Source of the DNA: Nannocystales bacterium | Lineage (GTDB): Bacteria > Myxococcota_A > Polyangia > Nannocystales > Nannocystaceae | Assembly: GCA_050633305.1 (NCBI GenBank) | Contig: JBOEGF010000050.1 | Coordinates: forward strand, 1 to 42,026 | DNA: 42,026 bases | Direction of reading: 5' to 3' | Part shown: positions 1-11,502 of the stretch, one piece after another | How the letters are laid out: each line of letters opens with the position of its first letter | How positions within the stretch are numbered: the stretch's first letter is position 1 | The notes under the pieces: generated by a model | What the model was told of the DNA's origin: nothing | The model's input: the letters and a program-made list of their open reading frames with translations, nothing else | Database searches by the model: none | Translations under genes and position numbers: made by a program

Positions 1-329
1 GCTGCGACAACGTCGTGTACGTCACCCGCACCGCACTCGAGGTGGGAGGGTTCGCCGACGGAGTCGCAACGCTCTTGGGCATGGACGACGAGACCCGCAC
101 CAAGCTCTACGACCTCGACGCGGACAGCTCCATCGCGAACTCCATCGAAGATGCAGACGCCGTGTGGTGCACCAACTGGAACGACGTCCCTGCGACCGAC
201 GTCGTCGCCGTCTCCGACGACAGCTACAACGCGACGCTGATCACCGAGGACCCCAGCTTCACCATGGGTGCTCAGGCGTACGAGAACATCGACCCCGAGT
301 ACAAAGCCGAAGGCTGCTCGGTTCAGTAG
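1..329 (+). CDS. 3' end of hypothetical protein (starts before window)
   Basis: Frame is open from the window edge to TAG at 327-329, with GC3-rich codons. Confidence 0.7.
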   Translation, partial: CDNVVYVTRTALEVGGFADGVATLLGMDDETRTKLYDLDADSSIANSIEDADAVWCTNWNDVPATDVVAVSDDSYNATLITEDPSFTMGAQAYENIDPEYKAEGCSVQ

Positions 330-396
330 GCGATTCGCACCCGCTCGAGGGACGAGCCCGGCTGCAACGCAGTCGGGCTCTCTTGCGTTCGTGGAC

Positions 397-2127
397 TCAC
401 GGCATGAGCTTGGCGAGGTATCCGTCGGACCCCCCGAAGCCGCCGCCCGACACGAGATCACCATCGCCAAAGTCGATCACGCCGTAGAACGACCCGCCGA
501 CATAGACGTGGCCGGACGCGTCCGTCCCCACACCAAGGCCCTGCTGAAGGTTGGCTTGTTGGTTGTCGTCGGAGATTAGCCGGGCCCAGTTCAAGGCCCC
601 GGTCTGAGCGTTGTACTTGGCGAGGAATCCATCGCTCGACGCGGAGGAAAGGGGGCCGTCTCCGAAGTCGACCGTGCCCTCGAGGTTGCCAACCACCAGA
701 AGTCCGTCCCCGGTATCCCGGGCCATGTCGAGCACGCCTCGTAGGCCTGTCATGGAGCGGTCCCACTGTGCATTGCCGTCTGGATCGAGGCGCACCAGAT
801 GAAAGAAGCCCTCGCTCGGGCCAAGTCCGAAGTCCACCTCGATGTTGTCCGCGGAGCCCGAGTAGGTGCCCAAGTAGATCGCATCGGAGGTCGCCAGAAG
901 TCGAGGGAATGCCGCCGTCGCACCCGGCGCGAGGTCATACTGCTGACTCCAGACTTCCTCGCCGTCGTCCGCCCCGAGTCGTGCGACGACCATCGACGAC
1001 AACCCCGTTGTCGTGTGAGAAGCGTCCCCCCCAAACTCCACCGTCCCCCAGTTTCGCCCCGAGACGACAACGTCGCCGCCTTGCGTGAACCCAACGCCGT
1101 AGCTGACCTGCGTCGCGTCATCGCCAAACCGGCGACTCCAAAGATGGGCGGCGCTTGGGTCGAAGACGGCGACGAACATGTCGGGTCCGTTGCCTTGAGC
1201 GGACATCTGGTTGCCGCCAAAGTTGATACCGCCACGGAATTCCCCACCCACGGCGACCCGACCATCATCATCGATCGCCACCGCATGCGCGGAGTTGGAC
1301 TGGTTCGAGTACTCGAAGACTTGGCCCGACGCCAGGCTTCCATCGGCGTCGAATCGCAGGACAGGTGTGTTCCAGTTGCCGTTGCCCTCGAACGTCTGGC
1401 CCTGGACCGTCAGGTTCCCGATCACCGCACCGACGATCACCGAGTTGCCGTTGTCGTCGACCGCGCTGCCGCGAAGTTCGAGGTTGTGCGTCCCACCGGA
1501 GCTGAACAGCCCATGCACCCACAGCAGCTCGCCGTCAGGGCCGACCCGCGCAACGAACCCCGCGCCCTCCCCCTCCACCGTACCAAGGTCGCCAAAATCC
1601 GCCACGCCATGCACGCGGCCCGCGACGACTGTGTTGCCCGCCGGGTCGGTCGCAAGGGTCCGGACGCTCTCGCTCGAGACAGGTGGCGCGCTGTTGCCAT
1701 AACGTCTGCTCCACACGACATCCCCCGTGCAATCGATGACCTCGCAGTCGGGTCCCACCGGGTCGCCCGTCTCGCCCGAGCTACCCGAACTGGCTCCTTC
1801 AGTCGTGGTGCCTTCGGTGCCTTCACTGCTCTCGGCATCCGAGTCGACTCCCTCCGAGCCTCCATCGGTAGCCGTCGCCGTGCTCGACGCATCAGCCCCT
1901 TCGGATGCCCCGCCTGCGGTCGTCCCACCGCCCTCTGTCTCACTCGCTCCCGCATCGTCGCTCGCCGCCGACGCGCCTGTGTCCGCTTCACCGCTCCCAC
2001 TGCTGTTGGGTGCATCGGAGAAACAGCCGAGCGTCATCACCGAGGTGGCGAACAGGATCCAGCGTCGAGAAGACACGCGGGCATAGTCAGCAAGGCGCGT
2101 ACCAACGCCCGCCCGTAGAGAAGTCAT
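397..2127 (-). CDS. Lipoprotein with Ser/Gly/Thr/Glu linker and beta-propeller (SBBP-like) repeats
   Basis: Lipobox-like MTLGC, low-complexity linker, repeated D.FVA.F...G..LWSRRFG and G..DFG motifs; start moved to ATG 2127. Confidence 0.8.
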   Translation of the reverse strand: MTSLRAGVGTRLADYARVSSRRWILFATSVMTLGCFSDAPNSSGSGEADTGASAASDDAGASETEGGGTTAGGASEGADASSTATATDGGSEGVDSDAESSEGTEGTTTEGASSGSSGETGDPVGPDCEVIDCTGDVVWSRRYGNSAPPVSSESVRTLATDPAGNTVVAGRVHGVADFGDLGTVEGEGAGFVARVGPDGELLWVHGLFSSGGTHNLELRGSAVDDNGNSVIVGAVIGNLTVQGQTFEGNGNWNTPVLRFDADGSLASGQVFEYSNQSNSAHAVAIDDDGRVAVGGEFRGGINFGGNQMSAQGNGPDMFVAVFDPSAAHLWSRRFGDDATQVSYGVGFTQGGDVVVSGRNWGTVEFGGDASHTTTGLSSMVVARLGADDGEEVWSQQYDLAPGATAAFPRLLATSDAIYLGTYSGSADNIEVDFGLGPSEGFFHLVRLDPDGNAQWDRSMTGLRGVLDMARDTGDGLLVVGNLEGTVDFGDGPLSSASSDGFLAKYNAQTGALNWARLISDDNQQANLQQGLGVGTDASGHVYVGGSFYGVIDFGDGDLVSGGGFGGSDGYLAKLMP

Positions 2128-2301
2128 AGCGTCGGGCCGAGGAAGGGATCGATTCGGGAACCTCAGCGCCGAGCGGCGCGCCCGATCCGGGTCGCCGTTC
2201 ACGTTGCGCGACTCGAGCCTTCGGCCAGAACGGAGCACGGCCCGAATCGTTGCCGATCCGAGCCGTTGTGTGCGGGGTTTGCTGCCGAAGTGCGTTACGC
2301 G

Positions 2302-2889
<588 letters not shown>

Positions 2890-3349
2890 GGGTACGGTTC
2901 CTTCGCGTAGGCCACGGGCTCATCGCGACCTTCACTTCCTTGTGCCCGCTGCCGACGACCCGTTACACGCTCACCGCCTGTTTTGTTCGGCGATTGAGAA
3001 CGGCTTGCCACCGCCATCGACACGTGGCGGAACGCGGTGGCAACACTCCGCTCCGCTGCTCCTCACCGAACTTCGGCTCCGCACATCCCGACTCCGCGAC
3101 CGGTCGACTTCAGGGCTGAGCTTCGGGCGATGGGCTCCGGCAACTCCAGGAGCGGCTCTCCAACCGCCGCGTCGAGTGCTCGAAATCGCCCGGCGACATC
3201 CATCTGACATCAAAAAAGTCACCGAGGCGCAGGACATGTAGGCAGATCAGCGATAACCTGCTCCGGAGTTCACCGCGATGGTTGGGAGCCGCCGCCCCTG
3301 AACTCTGGGATTGGGGAACAAGATGAAGCGCAGCGCCATGGAGAACTCA

Positions 3350-5050
3350 ATGATTCGGATCGGTTGGACAACAACGTCTCTGCTGGCAGTGATGCTCGGT
3401 ACAGGCTGCGCTACATCCGAAGAGCCCGACCTCAACGGTACGGGAACCGAAACCGGCTCCGTGACCAAGGGCGACGACCCCGACGATCCCAGCGATGGCG
3501 AAGGTTCCACGGGTGGAGCGAGCGACTCCGACGAGACGGCTGGCGACAGCTCGACCGGCGACGACTCCGAGGGCGGCGAGTCCTCCGGCGAGCCCACGAC
3601 CGACAACGGCATCGACGACTACATCATCGGCCTGGGGACCCTGGAAACTCCAGCCGCCGACGTCGATGAGGGTGTCGCCAGCGCTCCCTTCATCGATGGT
3701 GACTACGCCTGCACCACCACGAACCTGCTCGAGACCAAGCAGTTCGACAAGATCGTGGCCTTCGCAGCCAACTCCGGAACCCTCTACCCCGGAGCCACCA
3801 TCGGCGGCACCACGCTCTCCGACGGCACCCTCACCCCCAAGGTGTTCGACCGAGCGCCCCTGACCTTCTCCGCATCGCTCGAAGGCGTCCTCGACGGTGA
3901 CGTCTCCGCCACCATGGAGAGCCCCACGCTCAGCGAGTTCCGCGAAGCGATGGCCGGCATCCTCGACGCCAACGTCATCGGCAACACCCCTGCCAACATC
4001 GCCTACGAGATGAGCGAGGTTCACAGCTCCGAGCAGCTCAGCCTCGCCCTCGGCCTCGACGTCTCGTGGATGAGCGGCGACGTCTCGGCCAGCATGGAGT
4101 TCGACCAGCAGGATCGAAACAGCCGCTACCTCGTCAACTTCACCCAGGCCTACTACACCGTCGACATCGACGCCCCTGCACGACCCAGCGACTTCCTCGA
4201 CCCCTCCGTCACCCTCGAGGACGTCGAGCAAACTCTGCAAGGCGAACCTCCTGCATACGTCTCCTCGGTGACCTACGGCCGCATCGTCTACTTCGCCGTC
4301 ACCTCGAACTTCTCCAGTGAGGAGCTCAAGGCCGCACTCGACTTTGGCTTCTCCACCGGAGCCGTCGACGTCGACGGCAGCGTCTCCCTGACCCACTCCG
4401 AGGTCCTCTCCGAGTCGCACATCACCGCCTTCATCCTCGGCGGTGACGGCAACGTCGCCGTTCAAGCCATCCAGGGCGCCGAGGGCATCGCCGACTTCCT
4501 GCAGAGTGGCGGCACCTACTCCCCCGAGTCGCCCGGAGCTCCCATCGCCTACAAGATGGCGTACCTCGCCGACAACAGCCCAGCCGGCTTCTCGCTGACC
4601 ACCGACTACGAAGTCCGCGAGTGCACTCGCGTCACCCAGAACGTCCAACTCACCCTGCAGAACATCTACGTCGTCAACGACGGAGGTGACTCTGGCGACG
4701 ACCTCGAGGTCTACGGCTGGATTCGCGGCTGGGACGAGCAATCCAACGCCTACCCGCTCATGGAGCGCGACGACGACCAGTACGTGACCATCGGCATGAG
4801 TCAGCAGTGGCCCCAAACCGGCACCATCGAGACGCAGATCCTCCCGGTGGTTCCCCAGCCCGACCACAGCTTCACGATTTCGATCAACCTCCGCGAATCC
4901 GATGGGTTCCTCAATGGTGATGACAACCTTGGGGACCACGAGGTCGTGATCGACTACGAGGATGGGTGGCGCGACGATGCCTTTGTCTACAACCTGGCGG
5001 ACGGGGACCAGCAGGTTGAGGTTCGGATGGCGTTTACGCCTGTGCCGTAG
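3350..5050 (+). CDS. Thiol-activated cytolysin family (CDC-like) lipoprotein
   Basis: Motifs LYPGA, RAPLTFS, FTQAYYTVDID.P..PSDF, PAYVSSVTYGR and YSPESPGAPIAY match perfringolysin-type domains 1-3; GGAG RBS before ATG 3350; LGTGC lipobox. Confidence 0.85.
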   Translation: MIRIGWTTTSLLAVMLGTGCATSEEPDLNGTGTETGSVTKGDDPDDPSDGEGSTGGASDSDETAGDSSTGDDSEGGESSGEPTTDNGIDDYIIGLGTLETPAADVDEGVASAPFIDGDYACTTTNLLETKQFDKIVAFAANSGTLYPGATIGGTTLSDGTLTPKVFDRAPLTFSASLEGVLDGDVSATMESPTLSEFREAMAGILDANVIGNTPANIAYEMSEVHSSEQLSLALGLDVSWMSGDVSASMEFDQQDRNSRYLVNFTQAYYTVDIDAPARPSDFLDPSVTLEDVEQTLQGEPPAYVSSVTYGRIVYFAVTSNFSSEELKAALDFGFSTGAVDVDGSVSLTHSEVLSESHITAFILGGDGNVAVQAIQGAEGIADFLQSGGTYSPESPGAPIAYKMAYLADNSPAGFSLTTDYEVRECTRVTQNVQLTLQNIYVVNDGGDSGDDLEVYGWIRGWDEQSNAYPLMERDDDQYVTIGMSQQWPQTGTIETQILPVVPQPDHSFTISINLRESDGFLNGDDNLGDHEVVIDYEDGWRDDAFVYNLADGDQQVEVRMAFTPVP

Positions 5051-5074
5051 GGCCTGGTAGAACGCTTTCAAGGG

Positions 5075-5105
5075 ACGCCCGGCTCATCGCGAGTCGGGCG
5101 TTTTT
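5075..5105 (+). terminator. Rho-independent terminator
   Basis: ACGCCCGGCTC-ATCGC-GAGTCGGGCGT stem-loop plus T-run, 25 bp after the cytolysin stop. Confidence 0.8.
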
Positions 5106-5247
5106 GCGTCTTCGCTCGCGCGTAGGGCTCGCTGTCGGAGGGACACAGCCGAAGCTGCCGAGCTGTGGCCCACTGATGCCCTTGGCCGGCCCGCACTTGG
5201 GCCACGTGGCGACCCACCCGCTGCGCAAGCGCTTTCGCGCGTGGCGT

Positions 5248-5382
5248 TGCGCGAGTGGCCCGGCATGCGCATCAGCAGCGCCGTGCAGTGGCCAGCTGTC
5301 ATGCTCAGGCGCGCTACGTTCCGCGGACCACCCAGGACAGCGACGCCCTCGCCCTGGTGCGCGAGCACTAGCCTGCGTTCCG
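5248..5382 (+). mobile_element. Fragment of the IS91-family transposase 5' end
   Basis: Near-identical to 12215-12350; encodes VARHAHQQRRAVASCHAQARYVPRTTQDSDALALVREH* (TGG changed to TAG). Confidence 0.9.
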
Positions 5383-5590
5383 CCTCGCACCGTGACGGCA
5401 CGAACGGCTCGCGATCCCACCGGCACCGCTCGAGGCACATCTCGACTTGCGTCGGACAGGGCGGCTCGTCCTCGGGCGCTTCGATCAGCGCAAGGCCCAA
5501 CCCTGCGCCTGCGTGAATCACCACGGTCGTCGCGATGGCGACCGCGACTGCGAGCCAAGGCGACGGTCTGCTGCTTCGATCCGTGCGCAT
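5383..5590 (-). pseudogene. Membrane-anchored Cys-containing protein, 3'-truncated by the IS fragment
   Basis: MRTDRSS...TM helix...CPTQVEMCLERC runs into antisense IS sequence at 5382. Confidence 0.5.
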
Positions 5591-5784
5591 CGCGACCCGT
5601 CGACGATACGCGCGGTCGGCCACGGAGCGCCACCGACGACCAGCCTCCCCAGCCCGCCCCGCCTTGGCGATCTAAGGCTTGCTGTCGCTCGGCGTCCCAT
5701 GAAAGCGACATCGTTTCGGATCGTGTGGGCAGGGAACCCCTTGCTCCAGCAGCCTGGTTGACCCGGGCGTGTGCGAGCGTGCCA

Positions 5785-5815
5785 AGAGCCGAGAACAGCG
5801 GGAGCTGTCCGGGCG
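5785..5815 (-). mobile_element. Short relic of the IS91-type transposase C-terminus (PGQLPLFSAL)
   Basis: 28/31 nt identity to cgcccggacaactcctgctcttctcggctct of the main element. Confidence 0.55.
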
Positions 5816-5873
5816 TAGCCTCGACATATGCGAGGACCACTTCGCCCATCGTTCGGTCCACTGAGGCGAGGCA

Positions 5874-6623
5874 TCAGTCGACGCGCCGGTCGCAGCCCAG
5901 AGTCCGCCACAGGATCATATTCTTGTACTCGTCGTAGTCGTGTAGCTTCAACGAGACGGTCGAGTCGCCGCTACCCGGATAGACGTCGAACTCGACGACG
6001 CCTGAGAGCCCGGCACCTGGGAGCTGGGTCAGCTGCGTGGTGTTGTCGATGGTGAGTTCGAACTGCGGAGGTTCGTCTTCTGGGTTGAACTCGAGAGCGC
6101 ATCGGACTTTCGCGACCCTTCCGGCAGGAGGCCGCGTCACCGCGAACGTGACACCGACCTCGGAGCTCAGATACACGCTGCCGGGATACCAGCTGTGGAC
6201 CGCGCCGCCCGCGAGGTGAATGGCAGCCGTGGGATCGGCCAGCTTCGACGGCGGGACGAACTCGAACTCGAGCGGCCCGGTGCTCGTTGGCGGGGACTGC
6301 ACCGGACCCACTCCCTTTGGCCGCGCAACCCCTGGCACCGTGGCTGATTTCCCGCCGGCCGACCCCCTGCGACTCTTCTTGTCGAGCCTGCCGAGGCCGG
6401 AGACGGAGCTCGGAGCTGGCCTCGGCGTGTCGAGGAGGTAGCGTGGGATCCGGCTCTTCCGGAGGCGCTTTCGGCGGCCTGAGAAATGCGTCTTCGAGCG
6501 CGCACGCGCACTTGGGCCGTCCGCACGCTTTCCCGCGCGCGGTCGGGCGCGGGACTCGGATGCCCACCCAACGCTCAGGCCTCCGAGGACCAACGCGATG
6601 ATCGGTACCAAGCGCCTCATCAC
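5874..6623 (-). CDS. Secreted hypothetical protein
   Basis: Signal peptide; GTGA overlap with upstream gene; GGAGG RBS. Confidence 0.7.
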   Translation of the reverse strand: MMRRLVPIIALVLGGLSVGWASESRARPRAGKRADGPSARARSKTHFSGRRKRLRKSRIPRYLLDTPRPAPSSVSGLGRLDKKSRRGSAGGKSATVPGVARPKGVGPVQSPPTSTGPLEFEFVPPSKLADPTAAIHLAGGAVHSWYPGSVYLSSEVGVTFAVTRPPAGRVAKVRCALEFNPEDEPPQFELTIDNTTQLTQLPGAGLSGVVEFDVYPGSGDSTVSLKLHDYDEYKNMILWRTLGCDRRVD

Positions 6624-7084
6624 GCACCTCCGGTCTTGGTGATGGTGCAGTCTTCAACAAGGAAAGCGGCGCCGAGGGCTTGGCTGTTCGGAAAGGCGAA
6701 CACGTACTCGTGCCTCCCGTACGGCGCCGGGTCCACGCTGAAGTCCACGATTCCGCTGCCATCGGGCTCGATCGTCGTCTTCTTCCCGGCCCAGTGCTTG
6801 CCGTGAATGACCTCGGTGAGGTTGAGGGTGTGCTGGTGCTCGATCCTGCAGCGAACCCAGACGGACTCTTTGAGATCGCCGAGGTCGAGGGTCATGGAAC
6901 GTGCCGCGACCCCCGCTGGCCCCAGCTCTGCGTAGCCGATGAGCATACGGTACGGACCCGACTCGAGCCCTTGGCGCCCCACTGTCACCACGCTCGGAGT
7001 GGTCGCAGCACGGGCCGAGGCAGCGAGGCCAGCACCAAGCGCGAGCGTCGTCACCCCGGCAAGCCAGTATCGTGTTGTCTTCAC
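6620..7084 (-). CDS. Secreted hypothetical protein
   Basis: Signal peptide ending ARA; translationally coupled to the next gene. Confidence 0.7.
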   Translation of the reverse strand: MKTTRYWLAGVTTLALGAGLAASARAATTPSVVTVGRQGLESGPYRMLIGYAELGPAGVAARSMTLDLGDLKESVWVRCRIEHQHTLNLTEVIHGKHWAGKKTTIEPDGSGIVDFSVDPAPYGRHEYVFAFPNSQALGAAFLVEDCTITKTGGA

Positions 7085-7160
7085 ATCCTACCGAACGCGC
7101 AAGACCCCGCTTTGCCTCACCTCGTAGGGGCCGTCCCCAGATGCAGTGCAGCGGGCGAGC

Positions 7161-7928
7161 CTACTCCAGCTTGTCCAGGCACGCCTCGTAGGAGGCTGCG
7201 CATTGTCGCTCGCAAGAGTCGCATTGTTTGGTCGGGCTTTCTCCCGGCTTGCAGCACGAGAGCATGCACTTACCCATCGAGCGTATGCAGCCGCGCCCGG
7301 GGCGGGGAGGCTGCACTCCGCGAAGGTCGTCGTCATAACACTGGCTCGTCCCGTGGCTGAACTCTGCGCCGATCTTCCATGCACCGTCGACAGATGTCAT
7401 GACCACCCATTTCCGCTGAAACCTCGGGTACGCGTGCCGCTTTCCGATCCCATCTCGATGGACGCCCCAGTGGACGAGGACGACTTGGTCTGGACTGATC
7501 AGGACCGGATGGATCGCCATGGTCGAAAGCGGTCCGGTGCCCTCGTTCGTCGAGCCGAAGTACGGCCCTCGGAGTTCCTCAAGCGTACTGCGAGGATAGT
7601 CCGGCTCACCGTAGAAACAGGTCATCGGGTCCGCGAACGCGCCAAAGTAAGCTGCGGTGTCCTTCGCAGCGTAGGCCTCGATCGCGGCGACGTACGCTCG
7701 GCCCGCTTCCGCATCTGGTGGCCCCGCAATCGCCTCTGCCGCGGGCGCTGCCGGGTCCTCTGGGTCTGCGTCTCGTCGGACTTGGGGCGGGGCCGTTTCA
7801 AGCTCCTCGGGCACGGCCGAGTGCTTCGCAGCCTGCGGAGGCCCAGCCGGCGCCGCAGGAGCCGGACTCGTGCACCCCACGGCCGAAGAGACAACGAGAC
7901 CGATGAGCGCGCGACGCATCCACGACAT
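7161..7928 (-). CDS. Lipoprotein with NTF2/SnoaL-like region and Cys-rich tail
   Basis: AVGC lipobox; YVAAIEAYAAKDTAAYFGAF...DGAWKI pattern. Confidence 0.6.
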   Translation of the reverse strand: MSWMRRALIGLVVSSAVGCTSPAPAAPAGPPQAAKHSAVPEELETAPPQVRRDADPEDPAAPAAEAIAGPPDAEAGRAYVAAIEAYAAKDTAAYFGAFADPMTCFYGEPDYPRSTLEELRGPYFGSTNEGTGPLSTMAIHPVLISPDQVVLVHWGVHRDGIGKRHAYPRFQRKWVVMTSVDGAWKIGAEFSHGTSQCYDDDLRGVQPPRPGRGCIRSMGKCMLSCCKPGESPTKQCDSCERQCAASYEACLDKLE

Positions 7929-8471
7929 CGTAGCCTCGCAGAACTTCAACAGCATCCAGCGCCGCCGAACAACGTGTAGGACGCCGCGAGGGACGAAGAA
8001 CTCCCGTGCTTGCTGTCTTCCAAGCAGTCGCACCACCGAGGGGAACGCATCGCCGAACTTCATTCCACCGCTTTAGACGCTCTCCACCTGCAGGAGCCCC
8101 TCCGAGCCCGAGTTCGTTAGTCGTCGATTCCGTTCCCAAGACATTGATGGTGCCGCTCTGCGAGGTACAGGACCACGGGGAATTCTCCGAGACGACCTCC
8201 TGTGCTCTGCAGCGACCGTGCGAGTGAGTGTCGCCCTCCAAGAGACCGGCAAAGCAGGCGCCCGCGGTGGAGCAGGACCAGCGAGAGCTGGCAAAAGCCC
8301 GCCAAAGGCGAGCACAGCCTGCTCATGGCGCCGACGGGCGGCGGTATGCGGCTTCCTTCCCGCCAGGCTTCGAACGCCTCGGCCAACGGCGGTTGCCCTG
8401 CGCTGACTCGATTCGTGCGACGGCTGCAACCGCTTCGTCTTAGTTGCGTCTCTGAGTATGGACCGACCGCG

Positions 8472-8759
8472 ATGTCCAGCACCGTTCAGCTACTGCAAGC
8501 CCAAGCCCGCGCTGCGCCGGCTTGGTTGCGCCGCACCATCATCGCCCTCCCATTCTTTCTTCCCCTGGTCTGGATCGTCGGCGACGACACGCCCTTCGAT
8601 TGGGTGCTCGCTATCGTCACCGACCTCGCAGGGAAGGACGCCGATCTTCGGCATCTCACCGCCTATCTACTGTGCGTGTTGGTCCTGCTCATCCCCGGGG
8701 GGCTGCTGTTGCAGGTCGTCGGTCGGGCTCGGCTGAAGCGGAGCGCGGAGCGGGCCTGA
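8472..8759 (+). CDS. Small membrane protein
   Basis: Two hydrophobic helices. Confidence 0.55.
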   Translation: MSSTVQLLQAQARAAPAWLRRTIIALPFFLPLVWIVGDDTPFDWVLAIVTDLAGKDADLRHLTAYLLCVLVLLIPGGLLLQVVGRARLKRSAERA

Positions 8760-9180
8760 AGGGGTCGCCCCAAGGCGCTCGGTCGCCGGTTCATCCCCTG
8801 AGGCTAGTGTCGTGGAACAGGAATCCGTTGCAAGTGAACACCGCCCCCGAACCCGGTGGCGACGTTCCTCATCGGTCGACTACGCCCAGTAGACTCCTTC
8901 TTCGCGCCTTGCCACCGCGTCCGGGGACGGCGTTCCTTTTGCTACGGATTCCTGTTCCACGACACTAGCTCAGCGGCGATGACGAGTCAGCTGTCCTGGC
9001 TCTCGTCTTCTTCGGTGGGCACGAGCTGGCCCGTGCCCACGCCGCCCTCGTCGGTGTGGTACCGGCGACGCATGACATCGGCTTGCCCGAGGCCTGGGTG
9101 AGGCTGCGAACTGGAGACGATCAGACATCGAGGACGACTGCTCGATCGAATGCGGACCGTGTTCCCGGCGTCGAACAACC

Positions 9181-9567
9181 ATGGATATGCGTCGCATGGT
9201 CTCAGCGGGTCGCTCTTGGAACCTGTGCGCGACTCTGCTGATGATGCTCATCGTTCCCGCGTGTGGGCACGTGGATGTGTGGTCACGCGATGACAACGGT
9301 GGGTTGCTCCAGGCCCGAGGAAACGAAGAGCGGGCTCAACAGGATGCGAAAAGGGCCATGGCCGAGCACTGTGGGCCAGGGCGCTATCGAGTCGTCCCGC
9401 TCGAACCGGGGGGTGTTCCACAGGGAGCCGCCAGCGGCGTGGAACTCCGGGTTGGGCCTACGGGCCCCAGCGTGCGCGAGGTGAGTGCGGAGGAGGTCAA
9501 GGCGAAGTCCTACATCCGCTACCGATGCGCGACGCCGACCCCGCCCCCGCAGACGACGCCCGTCTGA
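9181..9567 (+). CDS. Lipoprotein
   Basis: IVPAC lipobox. Confidence 0.65.
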   Translation: MDMRRMVSAGRSWNLCATLLMMLIVPACGHVDVWSRDDNGGLLQARGNEERAQQDAKRAMAEHCGPGRYRVVPLEPGGVPQGAASGVELRVGPTGPSVREVSAEEVKAKSYIRYRCATPTPPPQTTPV

Positions 9568-9890
9568 CGCAGTCCGGCTCAGCCGGGTAGGCGGTCGCGA
9601 ACGCTGCGATGATGAGCTCTCATTGCAGCTCGTCTTCCAAGCGCTCGGACCGACGAGGGAACGCACCGCCCGAACTCGTTCGTGCGGAAGGATCCGTCGT
9701 AACCCAGGGTGCCCACAAGCGCGGTTCGAGGTGCAGAAGAGTGTTCGGCCCAGGAGGCTCAGTCCGATGAACCGTTGCATTGCTCCGCTTCGGGACTCGA
9801 GTCTCTCCGGGGCAGGTGGCGAGGATAGGGCGTGCCCCGCTCAGCCGCTGTCGGGGGAACTTCGCGTGCTCGCGGGGTATTGTTGTCGAC

Positions 9891-10193
9891 ATGAAGCGAC
9901 GGCACACAGTCTTTGCCCTCAGCGCGGTGTTTGCCCTCGCACTGGGCGGCCGGAGTTGCTGCTCGTGTGAGAGGCGAGACCCGGGGGATACCGATGGCGT
10001 GGCCCCGGGCGACTCGTGCCGCGGCATCGACCCCAACGACGGCCTCATGACCTGTGACGACGCGCTTGAGAACGTCCTGTTTTGTTCGTCGGTGACGAAG
10101 TACCGGTGGGTCGTGCTCCTAGAGTGCGACGCCGACGAGACTTGCTGGCACAACGACGACGAAAGCGTCTACACCTGCATGCCCGACGACTGA
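9891..10193 (+). CDS. Small secreted Cys-rich protein
   Basis: Signal peptide and multiple Cys. Confidence 0.6.
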   Translation: MKRRHTVFALSAVFALALGGRSCCSCERRDPGDTDGVAPGDSCRGIDPNDGLMTCDDALENVLFCSSVTKYRWVVLLECDADETCWHNDDESVYTCMPDD

Positions 10194-10229
10194 CGGGACG
10201 CAGGGCAACGGCACGATCATTCCCAGTGC

Positions 10230-10730
10230 CGCTCGCAGGATTGCTCCGACGGCGTATAGGGCGGAGCGGCTGGGAACCGAGCGCCGAAGCAGAGCCCAGC
10301 GGCGGATGGTTGGCGAGTTCGTCGCAGGCGTCCCAGTCTTGGGGTTCACCCCCCGGGTCACTCTCGACGCAGGCCGAGCCGGTGAGGTCGCTGCCCTCGA
10401 CCGCGTCAATCCGCAGAAAGAACGGCATGGGTTCGCCGAGGCAGACCCACTCTCCCAGGACATTGGGCGGTGGCACGGCCGGTCCGGTCGATTCGCTCGA
10501 CCCGGTCTCAAGGCCAGATCCGGTCGACTCGCTCGAGCCGTCGCTTGCTGTGGATGTGGACGCACCATCCCGAGATGTCGACCCGGATGGAGTTGCGGTA
10601 CTGCCTTCGGAGTCGGTGCCGTCGGCCCCGGACGCTCCGCTCGTCGAGCAGCGCGAACATCAGCTCAGAGAGCTTCATCCAAAAAAATCTAGCGCGGTTC
10701 GCAGCGCCGAAACACCCGCCCGGGGGTACA
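10230..10730 (-). pseudogene. Degraded lipoprotein-like gene
   Basis: Ser/Thr/Gly linker followed by a GEWVCLG domain, but stops in the signal region. Confidence 0.4.
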
Positions 10731-10793
10731 TCGATTTCAGCTCGAGAGACTCGGGAGGCGTGCAGATGTGCCCGCGACGCGACGAAGTCTTCG

Positions 10794-11348
10794 TCAGTCG
10801 TCCCAAAACACAGGACCGTTCGTCGCCGCAAACGCCTCCGCGTATCGACGAGACCGAAACTTGATGGTCAGCTGAGCGGTCTCGAGGTTCCAGTCGAGCC
10901 TAGCGGGCTCGTGTCCATCCGAAGCGTGTTGATTGCAGACGGGCACGTTGGCCTCGTAGCGCCGCTTGCTGACCATGTTGAACGTCCCGAGGGTCGCGGC
11001 GCGAACCATGAGGTCTTGCGCGATCGGAGCGTCTTCGTCGAGCGTCAGACTCACAACCACCGCCTGCTCGACGGTCCCGGCGCACACGCAGCACCCCGAC
11101 GGCCACTGAATCGCACGCGGACACTCGGCCGCAAACACGGGTTCGGGCTCGATGGCGTCGACTCCCGTCTCGACGCAGACGCCTGCTTTGGTCCGGAAGT
11201 ACGCTCCGCAGCCCTGGCAGTGCAGCGACCGGTTGTTGCGCAGTCGAACCCCCGAGCGAAGGAAACCGCACTGTGGACACGGCGCCTTGCCCAGGCCCCA
11301 AGCCGCAACACCCGCGGCGACAGCGAGGACTCCCACGAGGATCCACAC
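10794..11348 (-). CDS. Membrane-anchored Zn-ribbon protein
   Basis: N-terminal TM segment plus CPQC, CQGC, CCVC and CNQH motifs. Confidence 0.7.
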   Translation of the reverse strand: MWILVGVLAVAAGVAAWGLGKAPCPQCGFLRSGVRLRNNRSLHCQGCGAYFRTKAGVCVETGVDAIEPEPVFAAECPRAIQWPSGCCVCAGTVEQAVVVSLTLDEDAPIAQDLMVRAATLGTFNMVSKRRYEANVPVCNQHASDGHEPARLDWNLETAQLTIKFRSRRYAEAFAATNGPVFWDD

Positions 11349-11502
11349 CCGTGGGTCCGTTCCAGAGCGCAGCCCGACCCCAAGCCTCGCCAGTGCCAGC
11401 GCGCCAGCCCCCGCGAGACGTAGAGTATCGATTCGAACGGTCGGAACCTAGGTCATTGCACGGGCACAACCCGGGCGAGCAGCCCAAGTCGCATCCAAGA
11501 CC

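Noticed and set aside
3347..5071. Long antisense ORFs (also 799-2118, 18359-19753, 38683-40101)
   Set aside because: Typical high-GC shadows of recognisable genes
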